Of a DNA stretch of 64,000 bases, positions 53,988 through 64,000 are shown one piece after another. The notes under the pieces were generated by a model. The model saw only the letters and a program-made list of their open reading frames with translations, was not told where the DNA came from and made no database searches. Source of the DNA: Octopus vulgaris (lineage: Eukaryota). The stretch spans positions 172,794,001 to 172,858,000 of the forward strand of contig OX597815.1 of NCBI GenBank assembly GCA_951406725.2. The letters are read 5' to 3'. The position numbers were made by a program, and so were the translations under genes. The stretch's first letter is position 1; each line of letters starts with the position of its first letter.

Positions 53988-55239
53988 GGGGTAACAGTTA
54001 AATTGGGACCATTTAAATATCTTTATTATAATTGGTTATAACTCGGAAAAATCAAACACTACAATTTTTATGTTTATGCCAATCCATTGTGGAGTGTTTA
54101 GCAATTATTTCAGTTCAATGTGACCATCATTTGCTTTCCTTACCAGTTCAATCTATTAAGAAAATGTTATGCATACCTTCCTTTTTCATTTTGCCAAAAG
54201 CTCGCTTGATCAAAGTCTTCAGTGAAGACACACAGTCGTGAGAAGTTATGTTGGATATTGTTTCAACTGCGCCCCATAGCCAAAAAGATCACATGGATTC
54301 AAATCTGACAAGCTAGAGTGCCAGATATCTTTAGGGACAAATTTGGGCAATTCCTTCTTCAAAAATTCTTGCACTCTTTTCAAAGAATATGTGGGTGCGG
54401 AGTCCTGTGCTAACATGACTCGACTTGTATCACAATGCTTCCTAATCCAAGGCAACAAAACTTCTTTGAGATACTCTACTGTATTGATTCTAAGACCCAC
54501 TTCGATAAAATGAGGAGGCATCAATTTACCATCACTTGCAACAGCTCCAAAGACCATAATGGAAGTTGGATTCTTGCTATGATGCATAGCTGAAGGAACT
54601 TGGGAAAGACTGTACACTTTGACTCATGAGTTTTGATGGATTACAACCTCATATACTACAAACTACTTTTCATCTACGAAAATACAGATTTCTCTGCCTC
54701 AATGTTTCAGATGACTAAGAAATTTTGGACCTTCTTTTGCCTCAAATGGCTTTGGAGCAGGTAGTTAGGAGGTTACATTGTCTCCTCACACACAATTTCA
54801 TATGGATGTCTTGTCCCACAGCCCTAGAAATGGTCATTTTACTGATTCTTTAATCGTGAACCAACTTTGCCATTGATTTTGATGGGTTCAACTCAATCAA
54901 CCTTTTAAGTCCTGCTAAGAAGTAAGGTGTGCATTCTTGGTCACTGCAAGGACTTTGAATCTTTCTCTGAACACCCTGATTTTTCTTCAAATAGGCTACA
55001 ACTCTAAAAATAGTAGATTTGGCATATTTTGTGACTCTAACTTTTGCTGGCATGGAATAATTTGGCAATAACACTTCTACGGTTTCGTTCTTTATTAACA
55101 TTTATAATTTGTTCAATCAGAAAAATAAGTACAAGGGATTATTCCAGCTGGTAATATTTAAAATTTAGACTCCAACAAAATCTATACAATTAGATATATA
55201 ACCATTTGAAACTTGTCCAAATTTACCTGTTACACTCTG
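53985..55239 (-). mobile_element. Full-length decayed DD37D (maT-type) Tc1/mariner transposon, 1255 bp
   Basis: Imperfect TIRs cagggggtaacagttaaattgggac / gtccaaatttacctgttacactctg. Catalytic motifs FVDEK ... QDSAP-x-SDLNPCD with 37 residues between the second and third D by my count. Contains stops and frameshifts. Confidence 0.9.
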
Positions 55240-55373
55240 TGTGTGTGTATATATATATATATATAATGGTAAATTTAGATTAGGACTGGAAAGACAGTAA
55301 GGGAAATGGAAGGTGGTGAAGTAAGTGAACTTGAAAGGAGGCAGGTATGCAATGAACTAGTTCAAAGAAGAAG

Positions 55374-55720
55374 TCATTGTATTGGCAATGGAAGAATAGG
55401 AATAGCATGTCTGTGAGCTTGTGGTTGAAGCATTTCAGTAATTAAATCTTTGCCAATCGGATGGGTGGCTTTCTTTTGGATGCAGCTGAAAATATTTGCA
55501 CAGGTAGCAGCAGCACCTTTCAATAACTGTAAGCAGTATTCCAATGGGAGCCTTACTTGAGCTTTGCAAATGGTTAAAAACCAATCAAGGCTGAAGTATT
55601 TCTTGGCACCAAATTGTAATCTTAGTCTTTTTATTGCATTGTTGGTAATATTAAATATGTGGAAGTCTCTTTGAAAACTCATGAAGGGTTCAGAAGTCTA
55701 GCATTTAAAGCATCTTGTGA
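55374..55720 (-). mobile_element. Jockey/I-like LINE 3' relic
   Basis: AKKYFS...ICKAQVRLPLEYC...IQKKA...LQPQAHRH. Confidence 0.7.
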
Positions 55721-56819
55721 AGTTGTGTGTTTTTTATGACTAGAAAGAGTGAAGTATAAAATTGTTTCCTAGCTACTGTGTAGTGATTTTCTTCTTTTTT
55801 TGACACCATGTCAGAGGAAGAAGACAACAGCCATGACCATTTTTAGGGCTTCTGAAACTAATCTGAAATTAAAGTGATTGAACTTTTGTGTTGTCAAAAC
55901 AGACTGTCATTATGTTGCCTTTATAAGATGCTCTCAACGACTCTGTTCATGGCATCAGTGGATGATATGCATATAATATGTCTGACAATGAACTTATTCA
56001 AGACCAACAGTTTTATTGTGCAGTGTTTATTCAAGCAAAATCACAATTACAAGAGGTACTTTATCTTTGAAAGCTTTATTCAATGGAAAAACCAATCTTC
56101 ATTAAACTGGTAACTGTGTTAAATAACATTGATCCTTTGATCATCAGGACAAGTTACATGACATAGTAAGTATGAGATTCATGGGAAGCATGCAAGACTA
56201 CCATATGAAATGTATTGGTTCCGTTTTCCTCTTTTTTCACTGTACTCACAGGGAGAACTGTATCAAGTTACTGATATAGCCTTGTTTATTCTTGTAGACT
56301 TATACATATTATGCTTTGGTTCACATGATTTCTGGGGATGTTTGCTCTCTTATGATACCTCATTATCTTCATTGATACTTTCATCAGTTGATTCAGTCAA
56401 TAAACATATTATATATAGCTTTTGCACTTCAAAGTACCAGCTTGGATGTTAGACATGTTCCACATCAGTGTTTCCAACCAATCTAGAGATCTTCTCTTTC
56501 TCTGAATCAAATTAAAATTTTGTTAGTTGTTTGTCAATTTTTTAAAATTATATGATTATTAACTTCTCTGCCTCAGTACTATATCTTCTAAAATCAGCAT
56601 AGTATATTTTCATGTTAGATTTTGCTGTAATATCATTAGTTTGCCCTTGTCTTTTTGTTTGTTACAGAAATTTCATGTCCTAGATGTTAGTCAAATAAGA
56701 GATGATTTGATGGTGACATCTCTGTTGATGAATGAGGATTGTTTTAATAGAATAATAAGATTTTCCTAATATCTTTATTCCACTTCCCAGATTGAGAGCT
56801 TGATCATTTTGCCAATGGT

Positions 56820-57100
56820 TTTACTGAATCTTGTTACTAAAACATATGCTTAAGGATGATAAGGTGTATTTCCAATCATTCTCAATCCTCTCTAAACTCA
56901 AATAAACAAATGAGCCACACTGATTCACATATGCTTGTGACTGACTTTTTTTTTTTACATGATTAGCAGATTTTCTCTTTAGTGGACACATAAGATCAGA
57001 AAAGATATAAGTTTTGAAACCACATCTGTAACAACTTTTTCCATAATTGTTAGTTGGAGATGGCCTAATTAAATTGACATTATCTTCATCATGCATTTGG
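56820..57100 (-). mobile_element. Possible LTR-retrotransposon gag zinc-knuckle relic
   Basis: KSCYRCGFKTYIFSDLMCPLK resembles a decayed CCHC knuckle. Confidence 0.4.
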
Positions 57101-57718
57101 CTTAATAATGAACTAGCTCATGTATCTGTGTGTATTCTTCCAACTATCTTCATCAAATTGGCAGCCATGTTAAAGAGACTGATCACCCAACCATTTGATG
57201 ATGTCAGCAACCACGTAAATAATGTAAAGCATGGAATGCTACAGTAAAAATTCTATAGCCCATATGCAATAGGCTAAGGAAGGATGAAGAGTAAAGACAT
57301 CTACATATGAAATGAGTGTTACCAGAGGTAACAGTAGGTAGATTGCTAACACAGAGAAAGAATAGTGGGAGCCTATTAGAGTTCTCATGCCAGACATGTT
57401 GAAAACTTTACTGGTATCAAGTGCAACAACATTGTTTCCTTTAAGCAACTTGCTAGCAAATAACACTTCCTTTATATTGCACTTTAATTATTACAATCAA
57501 ATTTACTAATGAACAGCTTCTTACAATTTTTCTTCTTAAAATTTCATCCATTTCAAGATAAAGCAGGTTACGGAAATTAATTAAAATTTTTTCTGAAAAA
57601 TTAACTTGAAATTCTTGATGCTAGAAGATAATATTCTTATAAAAGTGATATTATTTTATCTAAACTTTTGTTAATATTTCAACCTATTCTCTATCATTAT
57701 GTTTGAAATGCTCATTAA

Positions 57719-57929
57719 CCATTACTGTATGGGAACCAGGTATGCTCAGTTCTATGACATGCTCACTTGAGACATGGGAACCGAGTTAACTTATATTTAA
57801 CCAAAAAATGTTTAAGTTATTATTTGTGTACATAACTTGGGGATATCAATTTCAGCTAATTTAAAAAAATTAATTTAGTATCTGCAAAAATTAATTTAGT
57901 ATGCGAAAATTTAATCAGCTCAGTGATGG
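57719..57929. mobile_element. Second TTAA-flanked MITE family, 211 bp
   Basis: TTAA-ccattactg ... cagtgatgg-TTAA with internal aaaaattaatttagtat subrepeats. Confidence 0.6.
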
Positions 57930-58455
57930 TTAATCAGTTACTTGAATATTCTGTCTTTCAATTTGTGTCATTTTCAAATATGTTCAAAAATTCCAACTAC
58001 AATAGATTTTCAGGTGAAAAGGTTATGTTATACAAAATATCTTCCTGAAAGTCACAATTGGGTAACAAGCCATGACATCTTTTGGTAGCACAATTCACCA
58101 CTCAATAAACAGGTACCATGCAAAGATACGGCACATCATTGGAGGTTTTCAAGTGCCAACTTTTACTCATGCTAATCTAGAGAATGCCTTCCAAAATATT
58201 TATACAGATGTAGATGAATGGATCTTAGGGCATGTATGAGAAAGCAAACATTTTATTATGGAAATTTATTGTACAGATGGATACTATCATAGATTCAAAC
58301 ATTATATATCAAAATAAGAAAGCAACATTTTTTTTTATAAAACTATATAATAAATACAGTACTGGCTATAGAGAACTTTTTATAAGAATAAGCAAACCTT
58401 GTAAAACAGTATAGTCAAGGACAGTGACACTCTCATAGCTCAAACAAATTTTAAA

Positions 58456-58509
<54 letters not shown>

Positions 58510-59618
58510 CTCTATAATGTTATCAATTGATATGAAAATTATGTATTAATGGAAAATTGTTACAACATTTAATAAAATGATGTAGCGTGAAACGATCGTA
58601 CCAAATTACCAAAGTTATTCTTGTAGCTTAGTTTGAGTATATATATAAATATATATTCATTCCACTTCTAGCTTTATACATGCACACACTCATACATATC
58701 CCACTTATTTCTTTTTATATATAAATCTTAGTTATACATTTATAAAAGAGTTATGATTTTTCAGGTACGTTCTATGTACTTATGAGAACGTAAGGACATA
58801 GAATAAAACTGAGGTATTCTGGTGTGATAGATTTTATTGGGAAAAAATGAACTGAAATTATATGAAGTTAGTAAGCAAATTCTATAGGCAGTATGTGAAA
58901 ATGAAGTTCATGTAAGTACTTGGTACTATAGCTAAAACTTGCTTCATTTGAGAGGAAAAGGTGTAACATACATGTTATGAAATGATTAGCATATTTATCT
59001 GGTAAGCAAGAGCAACAAAATTTGATTCACTTAGTATGTTCCTGTTATAGTTTGTACTCAAATCACTGTTTACAAATATATATACTGTTGAATATTCTTC
59101 TGAAACAAATAAATCTTACCATTTGTAAATCATACATACATAATGCACACACATTACATCCACATATACAAATTCATGTATGCAAATATATATTTTTATT
59201 CCTACATATTATTAATTTTATATGAATGTTTACAGACATAAGTTATATGAGAATTTAGTTTTCGTAAATTTTTATTTTTTATTTGTATTTTTTTTTTTTT
59301 ATTTTAATTTTTATTTTTACTAATCTTATTGGAATTAAATTATGGCTTGCACAGTAAGGTCCGGCAAATCTATTTACACATACACATACTTATATGTTAA
59401 AATTAAAATATAGTATTTGGTATCAAACTATGATAAAGTTATTTAGAGGCCTGATGATTGACGTTACATTTTAAGAAAGGTTCCTGTAAAACACTGCATG
59501 CTTAAGGAACCGTAAAAGAACCACAAGAAACATGTGTAGCTGAGAAATGAGTAGTAAGTATCAAATTAAATTAAAATTCTTTTATATGGTGTGATGAAGG
59601 GGACTACTATCTCTAAAT

Positions 59619-59656
<38 letters not shown>

Positions 59657-59878
59657 CATATATATATTTATATACATACATATATACACTATTTAAAAGC
59701 AGCAGAAATATCACAAAAACTGTTACACTCTTGTTCATTGGACAGTTTTGTTGGAAGGACCTCTGCCTGCATAATCTTGGTATTTGAGTACTCTTTTTTT
59801 CCACCTTGTTTCACATTTATGTGCTTTACTCCGGTACATACATATATATATATATATAGATATAGATAGATAGATAGA

Positions 59879-60300
59879 CACATTGTGGTCAATGGAGTCC
59901 ACTCAAGCCCAGCAAAAGTCACCAGCGATGTCCCTAAGGGGACTTTCTTGGGCCCACTCCTCTTTATAATCTACATAAACGACCTTTCCAATGTCATAAA
60001 ACACTGCAAAGTGAAAATATTTGCTGATGACACTAAACCCCAGAAAATCATCAATGATAAAGAAGAGCGAACTCAACTCCAGTCTGATTTATATGCGGTG
60101 AGTCAATGGGGAGACAAAAACAAAATGCAACTAAACAAGGGAAAATTTTAGCTGATGCATTTTGGAAGAAAGACTATACTAAAACAGCCATACTCTCTTC
60201 CTTCAGGAGAACCACTCACAGCATCTAATAATATCAGACACCTAGGTATAATTGTTGATAAAAATCTCAGTTAGAGTGCCCACATCAACAATAAGGTCAA
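59879..60300 (+). mobile_element. CR1-like LINE RT core fragment
   Basis: VTSDVPKGTFLGPLLFIIYINDL...KIFADDTK...LQSDL...MQLNKGKF. Confidence 0.92.
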
Positions 60301-61990
60301 TGCATGCATGTATGTATGTATTTATTATATAATATACATACGTATAGTTTTTCTCTGATGAATGGCCAGAAAACCCAGAAATAGGTCAAAATAATCACAT
60401 TTTCCTTTCTTTTAATTTTCTATGTGCAAAAAAAAATAACAAAATCTACTAACATCTGTTTAAAATTTACACAGTAATAGGCTTTAAAAGCTGTAAGATA
60501 ATTACAGCATTTGATCAATGGCTGCTACACTAATTACTTATAAATCCCCCCTTTTTATGATAAAAATGTTTTGGGGTGTATAATGGGAAAAATTTTGTTA
60601 ACAAATTCACTGGCAAAATAAGTGACAAAATCAAAACTTGATATATCTATCTATGTAATATATAGATAGATATGAATACGATGCATGTAATATATGTACT
60701 GTATGTAATATATTGCATAACATCCTCACCAACACAATTATTTTCCATAGTTTATGTACACATCATATAAATATACACATTCACACACACACATATATAA
60801 TACATATATGATGTGTGTGTGTGTGTGTGTGTAGATAGATAGATAGAGATATACATATATATATATAGATATCTATAGATAGATAGATAGAGATATACAT
60901 ATATATATATATAAATATACATATATATATACACATATATATAATGGTTGACTTTTTTCCACTGCAGCTGACAGTATTGCAAAGAGAGTAACTGAACTAC
61001 CTGTGCTGAGCCTGGTCTGTTTTCAGAAGCAAGTGCCTAGCCCCAAGTACACCTACCACCTCTCCACTCATAGACAGATGATGATAGTCAATCACAAAAA
61101 CATGTTTGGACTTTTTAACATGTCTTGACATGTGCAATCTTACTAAACAAAAGAGGCTCATAACTATGTCCAGGCTGTTTCAGTGTTCGATAGGCTAGGA
61201 CATTATTACCTTACTTGAAAATAGATGAGGGTTGGTGGCAGGAAGGGGATATGCCCAAAGAAGATCTACCTCAACAAATTCCATATGACCCATGCAAGCA
61301 TGGATAAATGGACAAAAAACATGATATATAAGATGATGATATATATAACGGTCCTAATAGTGTAGAAAGATAGGGTATTTCCAATGCAGCACTCAACCTA
61401 AGCTCTTGACTATCAACACAGTTCCAGATGAATATCAAAATTCTTCAGGTGTAGAAAATCCTGGTATCACTATGGTAAAACTGTTGTGTAAGTTTGGTAA
61501 AGAGTAAAATATAATCCAAATACAAGACAAAGACAAATAAAGACTTTACCACATCTTTAATAATCAGTTACAATTATTTCAGAACCAAATCTAATTTCAA
61601 TGCCAGTTCACACAAAAATTCAAAGTGAAAATTTACACAATATTTATGGTTTTAAACATTAGAGTGGCAATTCCTCAGACCTGCATAAAAGGGGCACTCT
61701 TACATTGTGCACCTTGTTAATGTCAAAGGAATTCACAAACTTTTGAAAGAACATGGAATAATTCTTTTTTGTGATTGGTCCTCAAAGTACATATAAATCT
61801 GGTAATGGGCAGAAAAGCTTGAAGGATTGTTTTGATGCAATGCTAAGGAACTTGTCATGTCTACAGGATATGTGGGCTTGAGTCCCACAGGCAACCAATG
61901 ATTTTTTCTATCCAAGAGATTTTCAACCCAATATTCACATGTTATCATATATAGCTTTATATGTATTTAGGGATTGAATTCCAAAAGAGA

Positions 61991-61992
<2 letters not shown>

Positions 61993-62073
<81 letters not shown>

Positions 62074-62145
62074 ATGTATGTATGTATGTATGTATGTATG
62101 TATGTATGTATGTATGTATGTATGTATGCATGTATGTATGCATGC
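61993..62145. repeat. (TG)n followed by (TATG)n
   Basis: Direct inspection. Confidence 0.97.
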
Positions 62146-62362
62146 GTGCAACGTTGTATTAAATTTGTCAGATGGAAGTGAACTTCTAGAACAATACAAG
62201 GATATATAAATGTTTATAAATGGTGCAGTAATAGTAAGTTGGTGACTTATCAAATATATATTTAAAGCTGATTGACCAGTGGGTTATGACTTTTCAAAAT
62301 TAAAGAATTTATTGGATAATCACTGATCTCAGTATAGTCAAATCTGATTTCTGTGTGATGAA

Positions 62363-62578
62363 CATTCAGATTTCTCTTTTAAATGTAATGTTTATTTATT
62401 CACATTGTCTTGAATTAATCATGCCTCATCCTATAGCTTTGAGATTTTGATGATGTGATTGTATAATTTTTAGAATGACATCATAGGGTAGATGTGAGAG
62501 GCCAGAGTTGGCTGGTTCAAATATAAAACAGATAGAATACTTGTGCTGGACATGATCTGTTAAAATGCTAAATAGTTA
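62363..62578 (+). mobile_element. piggyBac-like MITE, same family as 33875, left end eroded
   Basis: cattcagatt...aaatgtaatgtttatttattcacattg...aaatgctaaatagTTAA. Confidence 0.85.
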
Positions 62579-63621
62579 AAAGGTAACATTTTCAAATTTT
62601 GGTTACTTGAAATCAAGGAAGGTTGAATACAGCAGAGAACAATCTCTCTAATAACATAACACTATTATTAGTTTATGCAGTTGACACCTCCAGCAAACTT
62701 CTGAGTATTACAATGACGACATGATATAAAATAAAACTGGTTATATTGGACATTTCTAATGCTTATATGCTCAGTTATTATTGCAGTTTCTAAGTTTGAT
62801 TAAGCTACAACAACCTTATCCTATTATCACTGCCATTATTTTTTATCCATTCTGAAATACACTTGTATTTCTAAGGTACAGTATTCTTTCTATACAGCAG
62901 ATCATTACACCATTACATGACTGTTAGTTGAATAATGGTTGCTTTTCACTATGTTTACTGACTGCATTCCAGTTCTGGAAGCCTACCAGGTTTAAAAATA
63001 TACAAAGACATTAGTTTTTCTGAAACATTGTAAAGAATATACCTGATCTGAACATTATGGCACTTAAGTCTTGTTTAACCAGGTATTTTTTTCCAGTTGA
63101 ATTTATAGTTGTTTATTTTTTATAAAACAAGTAATATTTACATATCTCTTGAATGGAGGTTTAGATGATCTACTGAGTAAACTGGCTATATATTTGTATA
63201 TATGTACCTTTGCACATACACACACATTTAAATGCTTCAATGTAAACATGTAGGAGAAAGAAAGAACTCAGTATTCAAAACAGAGCTTGAAAATTTATTG
63301 AATTTTTGAAACTTTATAAATTGTTATCCAAGTTTCTTGTTTCTGACCATGAGAGCATTATAAAAAAAAAAAATGGAACACAAATATTGCATATAACAGA
63401 CACACAGTTGGGATATTAGGATATAATAAGAAGCACTGATTGGATAAAAGGGGGAAAAAAACCTTATTAGTTGATGATATATCTGTTATTTGAAAAATAA
63501 GGAGGAAGGTGGTGATATCTGTTGTTTGAAAAATAGGGAGGAGATAAAGCTACACAAGAGTATATATGTAAATGTAAAAATGTAAGAAAATGTATGAGAA
63601 AACGTATGTAACATCATTATT

Positions 63622-63652
<31 letters not shown>

Positions 63653-64000
63653 CCATCATCGTTGTCGTTGTTGTCGACATCATCATTATCATGTGTAAAA
63701 CATAAAATACTTATAATTATAATTTTGTATGCATAAAAAATATTCTGCATTGAGGAAGAGAACTCAAAACTTTTAAGATAATTTATGGGTGCTAAAACAC
63801 CCATAAATTTTCAAAAACTGTGGAGATGAGATCCATATTGTTCTCATTTTTTGGAATATTCTGGGAATCATCTTCCTGGGGGAGCATAGTTGAAAAGTAA
63901 GTATTTTAAAGTCTTCCTACAACAACTCTTTGTTTAAAGGGTTGTTGTATGCCTAGTATGCCTACAACAGACCTTTTGTTTAAAGCATAAATGTTTTGAA

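Noticed and set aside
59451-59512. CTGATGA...GAAA near ggttcct/aggaacc as a hammerhead
   Set aside because: Stems I, II and III cannot be drawn in the required geometry.

Overview
AT-rich, microsatellite-dense eukaryotic intronic/intergenic DNA. The SINE/LINE/MITE repertoire resembles octopus (coleoid cephalopod) genomes; this is an inference from repeat families, not a database match. I found no intact protein-coding gene. The supplied ORFs are either translated microsatellites or decayed transposon pieces: mariner, a DD37D/maT element with both TIRs, pogo, a Ty3/gypsy LTR with PBS and gag, and CR1-, RTE-, Tx1-, jockey- and R4/Dong-like LINEs. There are also several tRNA-derived SINE families and TTAA- or TA-flanked MITEs. 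Islands of unique, CpG-retaining sequence carry minus-strand splice signals (1-102, 7620-8048, ~18758, ~37198, ~47536/47642, ~48998), and a CRE pair lies near 49720. Together they suggest a long, multi-exon minus-strand 5' leader or lncRNA running off the left edge. The most notable observations are: (i) a 429-nt candidate exon plus its putative downstream exon share one frame broken only by TGA; (ii) several Penelope-type minimal hammerhead ribozyme motifs; (iii) foldback and inverted-SINE structures that could be ADAR substrates; (iv) a Y-shaped 82-nt hairpin; and (v) a possible recursive splice site or micro-exon. None is proven from sequence alone, and boundaries of decayed elements are approximate.
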